Assembly (NCBI GenBank): GCA_964016885.1
Contig: OZ024742.1
Coordinates: forward strand, 80,352,001 to 80,416,000
DNA length: 64,000 bases
Origin: Eledone cirrhosa
Taxonomy: Eukaryota
Direction: 5' to 3'
Shown: piece after piece, positions 1 to 12,914 of the stretch
Layout of the letters: the number at the start of each line of letters is the position of its first letter
Numbering within the stretch: position 1 is the first letter of the stretch
Translations under genes and position numbers: made by a program
Notes under the pieces: model-generated
Seen by the model: the letters and a program-made list of their open reading frames with translations, nothing else
Database searches by the model: none
What the model was told of the DNA's origin: nothing

Positions 1-2149
1 ATTAGTAATTACAAAATCTAATAACAAGTAATCATACATAGATATACACCTGCTAAGACTCATTAGCATATCTGTAAGATAGCACAGTCACATACAGAAG
101 CACAAAACCAAGTTGCATCTCGCACGCCGTCATGGACAAATTGACCTCTTTTAAATAGTTAGCACATATACACATAGTTAGCACATCTCAGTCTGATCTC
201 TTTTCACTTGACAAAATTATTTAGTTACTGCAGCCACGTGTATCATTCCATCTACCACAAACAGTCATCTACCCAACAAGAGACACCTTTGCCAGTTATC
301 AATGTGTAAAAGACGTAAATCCCACCCTATCTTCACTCTCCTTTTAATTGCATTGAATCTACTATTACATTATCCAGTATACCTTATTTCATTTGAGCAC
401 AGAATTTTCATCTCACTGTGTATCATTTTTCTGAATATACCTCATTTTCGACTTCAGCTCAAACTCCTTACAATCATATTCCCTCCGGTTCAAACACACA
501 CGCATGCACCATACACACAAATACACATACACACACATACACACGCACACAAACACCCACCCAGACACCTAAGCCCCACACACAAACACTGGAAAAAACA
601 GTTTCCTGTGCGACACAACGCATTCACATACAACCACAGTTACATACAGGAAAATACAATTAGAGGTCGGACCTTTACGCCGAACCCAAACACAATCTAA
701 TAATAATAATAACACCGGAAACAATATCAATAATAATCATGATAATTATGATTTTACTTGAGGAAAATACAAATACAAAGACAACACTACAGAACAGAAA
801 TTGGAGTTCACGACAAGTAGAGTAAAGAAGACCTCACTGATGTGAAAGCTGTAAGAATAACTGTAATGGAATTTGAATTATATATATATATGATAGAAGA
901 AAAAGAAAACAATAATAAGTATTAGCCAGAACATTTTCCCCAATATTGGTTGATTGTACTTGACTGAAGCACGGTCAAGGAGAAGATCTAATGCACGAAA
1001 AGCGACCAAGACGGTTGGGCTTCACATTTTTCGCCGTCGTTGAAGTACTTGTTTTACTTTCCCAAGTACGTTAGTTGTATGTCATGTGTGTCCATCAAAA
1101 GTGAGGGTACTACTAGTCCACCATGGAATGGTTGTGTGTAGCAAAATGATTTTATGAGCAATAGGATTTATCTTTTCTACAAGTGGAAGAACGTTCTTTC
1201 CAATTTGGTTTGGTGATTTTTGTATGCACGGTATGAAAGGGAATCGATTATATACTATCAAAACATTGCAGCGCTTGTCATCTTTCTCTGACTATTGACG
1301 AACCTGTAATTCTCTTTCACTTTCTGGTAAGATTGACTTCCTTGGCTGTGACCTCTTTGCAGTCGTTGTTGGCATGATCCTTCCTCTGCACATGCTGCAC
1401 TCACTCCCCACTTTTCTTTTCTTTCTTGGCAGTGCCATTACGTGCAGGCTTGCCTGAATGGGGTGTTCTCATGCTGTGACCGCTTTCGAGATCATAATAA
1501 ACAAAGCCAGCATGTAGGAGTTAACAACTGCCCTGAAGATTTCTCCTTCGCAGATTGCCTCAGTTTGTGCTACTTCATCAGCTAAGATTGGTATTTCGCA
1601 ACAATTTGCCTCCTTCGTTGAGAATCAAATTCTAAGCAACCACTGAGATGAAGTTTATCATGAATAGATCTGCCAGAGATTGCACATATCTGTCCAGCGT
1701 TACTATAGAAAATCGCCAACCTCTGCTCCGCAACATTTTCCAAAACGTTCAACTTTGAGACGTGAGGATTTTTTTTTATAATGCTCTGCTTTTTACCTTG
1801 TATTTTCCCCAGCTAAGATGATTAGGGATTCTCCAAGTCTGCCACATGCAGTAGAGAATTGCCTTGACAATAACGAAAATGTATGTTATGTAGAAGTAGA
1901 ACTCCTTTGGTACAACGTCGAATACCGAACTAAGATGTGCTTTACGCTATACATTGCCTATCTGGTGAAGGATATCTGGGATTATATCCATTTCTTCTGG
2001 CTTGATGTGCAGAAATACTTCGGAACTGATGCCAGACCACTTCTCAATTCGTATTTTGTTAACTTCCAAGAGAATCTTGTTCATTCGCAAGAAAAATAGA
2101 TGCCAGTAACCAACAAATGTCACTCACCAATAATTATAGTTTCAATTCT

Positions 2150-2620
2150 AGTCTCCCTCTATCAGTTGTTTTTCTTCCCTTTCTATCTTCCCTCTTTCCG
2201 TAGTTATTCTTTCCTTTCCAGGCCCCTCTATCAGTAGCTATTCTTCCCTTTCCAGCGCTTTCTATCAGTATTTATTCTTCCCTTTCTAGCTTCACTTATT
2301 CAGTAGTTGTTCTTTCGTTTCTAGCGTCCCTCTATGAGTAGTTATTCCTTCCCTTTCTTGCCCCCATCTTTCAGCAGTTATTGTCCCCTTTCTAACCGTC
2401 ATATATCAGTAGTTATTCTACCCTATCTAGCATCCTTCCTAGCTGTTGTTATTCTTCCCTGTCTATCGTCCTTCTTTCAGTAGTTCATTATCCATATTTA
2501 GCCTCCCTGTTCCCGTAATTATTCTTCTCTTTCTAACCTCCCCTTATATCAGTATTTTTCTTCCCTTTTTTAGCCTCCCCTTTTCAGTAGTTGTTTTTCC
2601 CTTTCTAGCCTCTCTCTAGC
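2150..2620. repeat. Degenerate minisatellite, ~37-38 bp unit, roughly 12 copies
   Basis: Recurrent unit resembling TTCTTCCCTTTCTAGCCTCCCTCTATCAGTAGTTA read directly. Confidence 0.8.
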
Positions 2621-3144
2621 ATAATTGTTGCTGATGAAGAGAGCCACATAATGCTTGATGTTGCGGAGTTCGCATTTATGAAGCAAGTTTATGCCTTCCT
2701 TCTACAAATTCAATGCTAGCGCAATTTCAGATCCTGTCTAAATTACATATATTTAGATAAATTAGCCGATTGTAACAAATACGAGAATTTGTTTAACATT
2801 TTACATAATCTTGCTAATATTGCAGCTATTTATGCGTATATGTACTGGTTATTGATTGTATTATTTTCTTGTTGATATTGTTGTTTTTTTGCCTATTAAA
2901 TATGTAGTTGTTGTTCATGTCACAATTATTTTTATTGCTACTTTCTGATATATATCCTTGCAGTAGTGGTGGTGGGACGGCGGTATTATTTTTAATATCT
3001 TTTTGTTTCTCACTGGTAATACCATTGATGTTGATTTTAGTGGAGTTAATTTTGTTGTCGTAGTGGTGTCGACGGTGTCGTTTGCAATGTCTTAAAACAA
3101 CTGTTGTATGTTTCTCGTGCTTCACATGCGCTTTGCTGTAAATA

Positions 3145-3188
<44 letters not shown>

Positions 3189-3638
3189 TGGCTGTGTTGC
3201 TGTCATTGTTGTGCTTGTTTTTCTTCTCATTTTTTCTAACATTTTTACATTTACTTAACTTCTGTGATGATTAAACTTTCAGATGAAGTGTGCCAGTTTT
3301 GCTAATGTAAATTTTGAAGATTAACAAATCATACTGAGCGATATTTAAAAAGGTTTGACAAACCAGCAACATAATAATACTGCTTTCTTTATTAACCATG
3401 AGGGTTTACACAAAGTAGACATTAAGGACAATACAGAACAATACAGGACGGTACAAATGGGCATTTCTGCATGTAAAAAAAAACAAAAAAACAGAGGATG
3501 TAACGAAAAAAGAAACAATGAAAAATTCCCCAATAGGGGGGAGGCTTCCGAGGGACATTCGTGGAGAAAGCCCATTAAAAAGCCACGGTGACCCTGACCA
3601 TAAGGGCAAGTGCCCACTCCTAGTTTTCCACCTTCAAT

Positions 3639-6600
3639 TTACAGGCTAACACTCAGGACATTCTTGCCTCTCTTACCCATCTTTCAACAAAATGCTGGGA
3701 AGAGAGCATTCTTTCCCTGATTTTCCGTTTTAAATGAAATTTGAAAAAGTTAATCAGGGCATCACCGTAGAGGTAAGTGGTCATCTTCAGCCCTTTCAAA
3801 CGCGTCCACAATACTATCTCTTTCGCCATGGCTACCAGACAGATCAAAATTGCCTGCCCTTCCCGGCTAAAGGGAGAGGACGTGGCAATCCTCATGATGG
3901 ACTCAGCTGATAGCTGTATCCGTCCTACACGCGACAGCAGGTGTTCAACATAAACCCACAAGTTAGCAATGCTGGGACACTGCAGGAGTGCGGGCAGGAT
4001 GGTTTCGTCGCCCTGCGCGCATCTCGCACATGTCCGGATGACGGCACCTCCATGACTATAGAATTTATCCCGAACTGGCAAAGGTCCTCGGTAGAACTGC
4101 CAGGCCAGCGATTTCTGGAAGTTGTCCATAGGCCCCGACCCTAAAGTACTTCCAAAGATATTGGCTAGTTGATTTTCGTCGACGCCTAGAGTTTCTCCAA
4201 GTACGTCGTCGCTCTTCCCCTTCACTAATCCTCTATAGAACGCCAAGGTGGTGTTTCCACCGATCACATTGCCCGATTGGTCGAGGGCTGTGAGGGCCTG
4301 GAGACATTCCAGTCTCCAAGAGCTCCCACTCGGTCTTCGCTTGACCCAAGACAGTAGCTCCGTCAAGGAGACGAGCGGGGGAAATACGTGTCTAGAAAAC
4401 GGCGACCACACCTGATCAACGTGGAGAAAGATGTGGAGATGTCGTAGCCTGAGCGCGTGTCTGCGAATCATCAGCCACGGCATGCCCAGCCCTCCACGTA
4501 GAGGGTGTTCACGGCAGATGGACCGCCTGACCATCGGAGCGCGTCCCTTCCACAAAAAGGGAAAGAGCAAACTCTCCAGCGCAGTCAGGTGAGGCTTAGA
4601 ACAAGGCACAACGGTCAGGCGGTAGTAGGTAACGGACGCGATGTAAGCCTACCCCACCTTCGCTCAACATTTCAGGGATAGCTTCCGCTCTGTCCATTTC
4701 TGGGAGAGAGAAGCCACCCTGCTCGTCACCTCGTCCCAGTTTTTGTCCGTCAAGAGGTCCTGACCGAACCAGATCCCTAACAATTTAACAGGTCCGCCCG
4801 TTCAGCGCCCGATGACGCTGTTGGACGGCATGGACATGTCTCTCCAGGTGCCGTGTTGCAGGCCCACCGAAGTTTCCATGTTGTTCATGGCTCCTGTCAC
4901 CGCTTCGTATTCTATTAGTGTAGTGCCGATCGCCTCGATGTGTTTGGCGTTCGACACCACTACGGTGACATCGTCCGCATATGCTGACACGGATCTTCCT
5001 CATCCTAGACCGCGCGGGACCCCCTCAACGTCTCAAGTTTGTTCAGTAATGCCTCGAGAATCAATACGTACAAGAGGGGCGAGAGGGCACATCTTGGCGA
5101 ACCGAATGCAAGATGTTGAACGGTTCCGAAAGATAACCGTTCACTCTCACCACAGGACTGATGTAGCTGTGCATGGTAGTGATCCAGCCTCTGAAGACGG
5201 GCCCAAAGCCAGCCGCCCTCAGAACTGCCGCCAGATAACGATGGTCGACCCTATCGAAAGCTTTCGACTGATCTAAATTGATCAAAGACCCACCCGTGCT
5301 ACGTTCTCTAGCTACCCTCTCCACGATGTATCGCATGAGGTGGCGGATGTCGTGGTTGGATCTGTCTGTAATGGTGCATTTCTGCACCTCTCCCACCAGA
5401 CAACAAACGACAAGTCCCAACCTCTTTACTAGCACCTTGGCCAAAATCTTGAACTATGAGTTTAGCAGAGTTATGGGCCGGAAACGATCGGATCATTTCG
5501 CAGCAGCGCCACCGCTGATCGGCTCATGGAGCTTGGAAATCCTCCCGTTATGTTGCCAGTTACAGTAGACGTCCGCCAAGAGGCCTCCGAACAAGTATTG
5601 CATCAGTACGTAAAGTTCATAGGGCAGACCATCCGAACCAGGTGATTTACCCCTTGTGCGGCCAGTCATTACCTCCCTTACTTCAGCGGCTGTTATCGGC
5701 TTTCGCAACACTCCGCCTCAGTGGCCGTGAGCCGCGGTAGTCCCTCGAGGTAGGCGCTAAATGTCTTTCCTCTATCCGGCATGCCACTGCCCCCGAACAG
5801 CTGAGCGAAGAGTCGCTAAAAAGCTTCAGACATTGCCCGGGATCGAGTAGCATGCGCCCGCCGTGATCCACCAAAGACCGGATTGTGCCTTTGTTGCCAC
5901 GAGGCGCCTCCGCCACTCGGGCCCATTGAATCACTTTCGCCCCCTCGTGTCTAAGAGCACGCACCTAGCTCTGACAACGCAGCCTTCCTGCTTTGATTCG
6001 AAGAATAGGTCAAGGGCCACTTTCGCCGCAAGTACGTCGGTCGCGATGCCTTTACTAAGCGCCTCGTCTAATTTTCTAACTAGTTCTCATTCTGCTCTAT
6101 TTTTCTATTGCTAAAGCCTTACTAAACCTAATGGACTCTATTCTAATCGCACTTTTCAGAGCAAACCACCACTTGTTGTTGACGATGGCCCCCGTCAACT
6201 CCGCTTAACTAGTTCGTTAATCCGGTCTCTGTAGACCTTGCGCGCTGTTAATGACGCGTTTAGCTTCCAGTAGCCGGGTCCCTGTCTACGAAGTATATCT
6301 AAGTCAACCTCACAGATCACGAATTTGTGGTCCGTGTAGTCGACTATATTGACATGTGGACAACTTATGCTAGATCTATCTGTTTCGCAGCAAAATATCT
6401 TATCTAGATATGATCTGGATGGCGCGATGCGGTTTGTCCATGTCCACATTGGTACATTCGGTAAATCCAGACGGTACCTGTCAGACAGTTAAAACCATCT
6501 GAGTAGGGTTGCGAGGGTTCTACACCGTCCTCCCCTATCCGCTAATCCCACATACTCCCAGCGTGCATCTAAGATCCCGTTCCAGTCGCCCACTAACACT

Positions 6601-7007
6601 AAAGAGTGGGATGTTCCAAGAAAATTCTCCAGTCGCCGGAAGAAATCAGGCCGCCCTGCTCCTGTCGGGGCATAGACGGCTACTATCCTGAAAGCTTGCA
6701 CGTCTCCGCTGGTCACGTTCAGCACCACCAACTTACCTTCTGGGTCGAGGAAGATGGCCCGTATGGCAAGATCTAAACCTCTCCGAAAGAGCACAACAAC
6801 TCTTCCCCCCGATCCAGGATGGCTGGGAGATGCGTACACATCATAGCCACCGAAGATCGGTGCGAAGGCCCGTGCTTCGGAGATTCTGGTCTCGCTGATG
6901 GCCACCACATCTATGTTTAGTGACCCGAGGTAGTTGAGAAGGTGGCCCTGCTTCCATGACGACCCCAGGCCAAGCGCATTTGTGCTGCCTATTCTGAATG
7001 AAGTCAT
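3639..7007 (-). pseudogene. Tx1 ORF2 (APE endonuclease + reverse transcriptase), disrupted
   Basis: ORF fragments 6489-7007 (ISET, VYAP, GDWN), 6195-6449 (TDH, YWKLN), 5061-5444 (LDQSKAFDRVDH), 4802-4990 (SAYADD), 3653-4609 (GGLGMP, CARC). Confidence 0.9.
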
Positions 7008-7042
7008 ATTGAAAAGGAGTGGAAAAAGATGGGAAAGACCAC

Positions 7043-9538
7043 TTACCTCACATCTCGTAGAGGGAGGAAGGTTTATCCATCCTTCGCACTGAATGTGTGC
7101 TCCTCCGAAAGGATGTCCTTATAAATCCTCCTGGAGAGTATTTGTCAGAAATCTCCGATGTCCTTGGGGAACTTTTGTTTTAGTGTCGTGTACGTTTTCT
7201 GTGTGATGCGAGTAATTTGTGTATGGAGGTGGTGTGAACTTTTGGGGTGTTGTGTAGTCTATTTCTGTGATGCTGGTGTTGTGTTGGATATAGTGTAATA
7301 ATTGGTTGTTGTTAAAATTTAATTGTTTCTTTTTTAGGCACAAGGCCAGCAATTACGCAGTACTTTACTGGTACTTTATTTTATCGACCCCGTAAGGATG
7401 AAAGGCAAAGTTAACCTCGGCGGGATTTGAACTGAGATCATAAAAGGACATAACTCTATACTTCAAAGCATGGTGTCCGACTCTTGTTGTTGTTAAAATT
7501 TAATGCTGTGTAGTGTGTATCGTTTTGGTTATATTGTTCTGTGTGCGTTTTCTGTGGGTTTGTTTCTGTTCCGCTTTTTGGTTATTTTTGTTGTGTTGGT
7601 GATGGTGGTTGTGTGGTTAATGATGGTGATGATGTTGGTGTTTGTGGTGATGGGGCTGGTGATGCTCGTATGGGTGGTGGCATAGCTGTCTTAGCTTTTG
7701 GGGGTTTGTTTGCTCATTTGTTTCCCCCTGCATTTTATTTATGGAGGACAAAGGAAGAGGATTTTTTTTTTTTTGGGGGGGGGGTCTTTCTTTCTTTTTC
7801 TTTTTTCGTGATGCCATTTCCCACTCATCCTCATCGTCACAATCTGTCTCCAGTTGGGATAGGTCGGGCAGTGGAAAAGCCTCCACAGGCGTTGGTTTTG
7901 GTTTGTGGCGTGGTGGACGGTGGAGGCGCTGGTGCTAATTCTGGCGTGGTGGGTGGTAGTGTTGGTTTTGCTACTGTTGCTGGGCTTGTTGGTGCTATAG
8001 TTGCTTCTGTTGTTGCTGCTACAGTTGTTGCTGCTATTTTTGCTGCTGGTGGTTTTAATGGTTGAGTCACTGGGGTGGGTAGGAGAGGTGGCCTCAACTT
8101 TTTAGCCTGAGGGCAGAAATTCCTTTAGGTGGGTTCCATCGCCACAAAAGACACACCTAGGCCTTCTACCCTCGACGATTACCGTGAGGTGGCTGCCATC
8201 ATTGAGGTCTATCACCTCTGGAATTTCCTCAATGTTTTTTTGGTCCGCTTAGATCAGGATCTCCATCCCATATCCGGACCAGTTCTCCTGTTTTTCTTGA
8301 GGTACCTCAATTATTTTCGTGTTGGCCTCGATCCTGGGGAGGACGACAGCCATTAGACAGGGAATTTCGATGGCCGGCGAAACGTGGATCACCCTGATCT
8401 TCACAAATCTCTGACCACAATAGCTTGGGATGAGTGTGAATTTGTCACTTCTTAATGAGGCTATGGAGTGTTATCTTGCCTCTGTGATGTTTCAAAGAGC
8501 ACGTCCACGGTTCCATATTTCTGCCCTCGTCTATGTGGGTTTTTTTGCCCACACATGTCCCAAAGCTTTTTTGATTTGGGACTCGGATGCCCGTTCCACT
8601 CGGCGCGATTTTATGTTAATTGTCCGATAAGACACGGTGCATAGGCGCCGATGCTCCATGTTCATTAGGTGGGGAGGGGCTGACCCTGTCCCATCTTTCT
8701 TTACCATTCCTTTGGCTTCTTCTAATTTCTCCTGAGTTACCTGGATCGCTTAGCACGTTTTTGCTACTCTGGCAAAACTCAAGGTAGTTTTCTTAATTTC
8801 ATTGTTGCTGTTGTTGTTATCGTTATTTTTGTTATTATTAATTTTAGTTTCAGTTGTGGTTGTGGTGGTGTCAGTGGTGTTCGGTGTGGAAGAGTTCATT
8901 TTGGTTGAATTCTTTTCGATATCATGAGTTAATTTTTTTCTTTTGTTTCTCTCGTTTCCTTTGGTGTTCCAAAGAACATGTCCACGGTTCCATATGTCTG
9001 ATGTGGGTTTTTTGGCTCACACATGTCCCAAAGCTTTTTGCCCGTTCCACTCAGCGTGATTTTGTGTTTATCGTCTCATATCACACGCTGCATAGGCGTC
9101 AATGCTCCATTTCATTATAAGGGGGGATTGGCTGACCCTATACCCATCTTTTGTTACCTTTCTCTTGGCTTGATTTAATTCATTCTGGCTTACCTCGATT
9201 GTTTCGCTTTTCTTGGCTGCTTTGACAAACGACACATTTTTTTGCGCTGGTGTTGATATTCTTGTTGTTGCTGTTATTGTTATTTTTGTTATTGTTATTT
9301 TTAGTTTCAGTTGGGATTCTTTTTGACATTGTTGTAGTGGGGTGGTGGTTTTAACACCTGCAGTTATTGGTAATGGCGGGAAATCCATGTCTTTATGCGG
9401 CAAAACTAAATAATTGAGACTGCTATTAATTATATTTTCAGTGTTGGTAACAGTGGCAATGCTTACAATGGTGTTGGTGAGGGAGGGGAATGTTGGTCTG
9501 TTAAAAACAGGAGATTTGTCGTCCATGTTTTTTTTCAA
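7043..9538 (-). pseudogene. Tx1 ORF1 (gag-like) of copy A, frameshifted and partly duplicated
   Basis: CVFCGDGTH..EFC knuckle near 8110-8160; T/P-rich tracts; KNVSFV..ELNQAKRKV segment homologous to copy D ORF1. Confidence 0.7.
7324..7485 (-). mobile_element. tRNA-derived SINE, 5'-truncated, 19-bp TSD
   Basis: Matches the SINE body; GTTGTTGTTAAAATTTAAT at 7305-7323 and 7486-7504. Confidence 0.9.
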
Positions 9539-9752
9539 AGAAATATATTGTTTGATAAATAAAGTTTAAATTTTGGGCTCAAGTCCCAATATTATTGAGT
9601 GTCCTTTTCAGAACGCAATATATGTGAATTTATAAACACTTAACAACAAAAATTTTCCATAACTGGGAATTTGAAACAACTGAAAACAACAAACTTTTGT
9701 GGAGCTCATGATAATACGATTTCCTACGTAGGTCGCCAATAATAATAATAAT

Positions 9753-9936
9753 TGTTTCTACTTTAGGCACAAGGCCAGCAAATTATCCAGTGCATTACTG
9801 GTACTTTATTTTATCGACCCCGTAAGGATGAAAGGCAAAGTCAACCTCGGCGGGATTTGAACTCAGATTGTAAAGGGACGTAACTATGCTGGAAAGAATG
9901 GCGTCGACCCTCTACCGATACTGCCAATCCACCGCC
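9753..9936 (-). mobile_element. tRNA-derived SINE, full length, embedded in (AAT)n
   Basis: A-box-like TGGCAGTATCGG and B-box GAGTTCAAATCC on minus strand; AAT repeats on both sides. Confidence 0.9.
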
Positions 9937-9967
9937 AATAATAATAATAATAATAATAATAACAATA

Positions 9968-10262
9968 ATTGTTTACTTTGCAACTTCTCAGAATGTGGTA
10001 AATTGTTTACTTTGCACTCACAATTTACCACATTCTGAGTGCCAAGCAAATAATTTACCACATTCTGAGAAGTTGCAAAGTAAACAATTTACCACATTCT
10101 GAGTGCAAAGTAAATAATTTACCACATTCTGAGTGCAAAGTAAATCATTTACCACATTCTGAGAAGATGCAAAGTAAACAATTTACCACATTCTGAGTGC
10201 AAAGTAAATAATTTACCACATTCTGAGAAGTTGCAAAGTAAACAATTTACCACATTCTGAGA
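9968..10262. repeat. 29/34-bp tandem repeat with an inverted first block at the 5' junction of an R4-like fragment
   Basis: Unit (GAAGT)TGCAAAGTAAACAATTTACCACATTCTGA about 8 times; 9968-10020 is its reverse complement. Confidence 0.85.
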
Positions 10263-10736
10263 AGTGGTATGAGCATAAGCCAGAGTTGGGGATAGAAAAC
10301 GATCAGGTGAAGGTGCTGTGGGTTTTTAGGATACAGACGGACAAGAAACTGGAACACAATAGACCTGACCTGGTGGTTTTGGACAAGGAAAAAAGATCGT
10401 GCCTGATTGTGGATGTGGCCTGCCCATTCGACACGAGAGTGCAAGAGAAGGAGAGGGAGAAAATTAACCGATACCAGGACTTAGAGTGGGAGGTAAAAAG
10501 GATCTGGAACTGCCATGAAGTCAAAGCGCACTAGGTACTATCGCAAAAGGTTTCCAGGGATGGTTAAAGAAAATTGGCCCCGCCCCGCTTTTTGGAACGC
10601 GTCAAAAGGCATGGTTGCTGGGAACAGCAAGAACCCTCCGATACGTCCTGAATATCTGAGGCTGAAGGTAATGGCTTGATAGTCATTTCAACAAACTTTC
10701 CAGTTAACTAACATCAATGACTGAGACTCAAAGAAC

Positions 10737-10737
<1 letters not shown>
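10255..10737 (+). mobile_element. 3' fragment of R4/Dong-clade retrotransposon (restriction-like endonuclease) ending in (TAA)n
   Basis: ORF 10286-10534 HNRPDLVV..CLIVDVACPFD..KINRYQDL is a PD-(D/E)xK RLE motif; AAT tract follows. Confidence 0.8.
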
Positions 10738-10770
<33 letters not shown>

Positions 10771-11387
10771 TAATAATTATTATTATTATAATGCTTTCTA
10801 TTTTAGACACATAAGACTGACACTAAGCAATAAAAAAACTGAACATTTAAAATTAAGCATCAAACCAAATTCTTCCAATGGAGCTAGACTCCTAAATGCC
10901 ATTCGTGGAGACAGCACACAAAAAGCCACAGCCTCTTTACTACTAGTTTCAGTGCCCTCTATCTCTAATGTCTTACCCCATTCTATAAGTGTATTCTCAG
11001 GACTAATTACTTAATGTGCGACGATTATCTCTCTTTAATATATGAGTCCCATTCTCATACTGCTAAAAAAAAAGAAAATGCTTCCATCTTATTTTTCCTT
11101 TTTCTTACTCAGGTCTATCATTCTATTTCTCCTTCTATCTCTCATCTTCCCTTCCAATGAATGAATGAAGTTTGAATAGTTAAGGCTCGTTTACTATTAT
11201 ATAAAGTGTTAAACAAATATATATCATCAATGTAACCTGTTTTAAACCCATATAAATATTTTGAAACACACTGGCATATACATGCACGCTAACAACCACA
11301 CACACACATACACACATATATATACATACACACACACACACGCACACACACACCCCCACACCCACACAAACACACACACACACACAT

Positions 11388-11422
<35 letters not shown>

Positions 11423-11423
11423 A

Positions 11424-11455
<32 letters not shown>

Positions 11456-11530
11456 GTATGCATGTATATGTGTGTGTGTATAATATATAGATTCCCGACT
11501 GGTGACACGGGGTAATCACAGTTTAATAAT

Positions 11531-11715
11531 TGTTCTACATTTGGCACAAGGCCAGCAATTACCCAGTACATTACTTGTACTTTATTTTATCGACCTTGTA
11601 AGGATGAAAGGCAAAGTTAACCTTGGCGGGATTTGACCTCAGAATGGAATGGGCCGTAACTCTATGCGTCAAAGCATGTCGTCGGACTCTCTAGCGTTAC
11701 TGCCAATCCACCGCC
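11531..11715 (-). mobile_element. tRNA-derived SINE, full length, 17-bp TSD
   Basis: AATCACAGTTTAATAAT at 11514-11530 and 11716-11732. Confidence 0.9.
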
Positions 11716-12290
11716 AATCACAGTTTAATAATGTACTAGATACGTTCGAAGAATACAGGCATCTTTATTATATAGAGAAACGACGTCTACAGGAAAGAAA
11801 AAGAAATAAAACTGTTCAATTATATTTGTATTGTAAATCATTTTTTTTTTTTATCAATATACGTATGTTGGGAAAATATCAATTAACACTCTTAATATAT
11901 AGATAAAACTAAATACAGAGAAATTAATGGTTTCACAATCCAAATATCTTAATTAATTACGTAAATATATTACATGAAAAGCATTCCTTTTACAAAGAGT
12001 GTGTATACACTAAATATTCTGTGTTTTGCATAAGATTACTTTTAATGTCAATATGGAAAATGAAGGACAGGGGTATAATAAACTAGTAGCAATAAAAACA
12101 GTTTAAGCTATATAGAATTTATTAAATCAAAATTGAAATTTTATACAATGAAATTTCTGGTTGCAAATCTCACTCGTATTCAGAAGTATAATACAATAAA
12201 ATATACAAGAGAAACACACATCATTTTAACCATATATATTGAATTCTAGATTAAGAAAATTCCATTTATTTGAGAAATTATTCACCACGA

Positions 12291-12350
12291 TTAAACATTC
12301 CTTTGCAATCTGAATATATATATATATTCAGATTGCAAAGGAATGTTTAA
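12291..12350. repeat. Perfect 60-bp palindrome centred on (TA)n
   Basis: TTAAACATTCCTTTGCAATCTGAA-(TA)n-TTCAGATTGCAAAGGAATGTTTAA. Confidence 0.9.
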
Positions 12351-12846
12351 TATATATATATACGTTAACATATGTTAATTAATAACAAAGGAATTACATC
12401 GGAATAAATATTTATCTCCATAAATATTAAAATTGCGGAATACATAATAATTTTAACCTCATATGCGTATAAAAGCACTATAATCTCTATACTTATAAAG
12501 CCCTATTGAAAACCTAAAAATGGCAAATAAAATATATTTTACTTATGAACTTATTTGTCTAGTTATATTCATCTATCCATAATAACAATTCAAATGAAGA
12601 AATATATTTTTTAACTATTAATCATGTCTCAGCAAGCAGGCATTTGAAAATTAATATCTACCATTCAGCATTTATTAATTATTCAGTAGTAAAGGATAAA
12701 TATAAGTTTAAATGTTTACAAAATCTCAAATGTTTCAGAATTCAAAAGAGGTATTTTCTAGTAACAAAAACAAAAAGGAAATTAATATTTTTTTCTGATT
12801 GAGTATAATTAATGATTAATATCGAATTCCAAGAGTAAATGATCAG

Positions 12847-12896
<50 letters not shown>

Positions 12897-12914
12897 CATA
12901 ATAATAATAATAAT

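Larger units (their letters stand above)
3382..9737 (-). mobile_element. Tx1/L1-clade non-LTR retrotransposon, copy A (divergent ORF1/5' region, SINE inserted in ORF1)
   Basis: APE endonuclease, RT (SAYADD) and C-terminal zinc-finger-like region; zinc knuckle in ORF1; 3' UTR shared with copies B, C, D ending AATAAAGAAAGC; 5' end abuts (ATT)n. Confidence 0.9.

Noticed and set aside
940-2110. Possible very old LINE remnant on the minus strand (HGGLVVP-like motif)
   Set aside because: Too degraded to assign
2800-3370. Possible 5' fragment of another Tx1 in tandem with copy A
   Set aside because: Only compositional similarity (Thr-rich tract); no diagnostic motif
9968-10262. Regularly spaced ~30-bp repeats resembling a CRISPR array
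   Set aside because: No unique spacers, eukaryotic context, no cas genes
11180-11571. Many ORFs of YI/CV/HT repeats here and throughout the window
   Set aside because: Translations of (TA)n and (CA)n microsatellites
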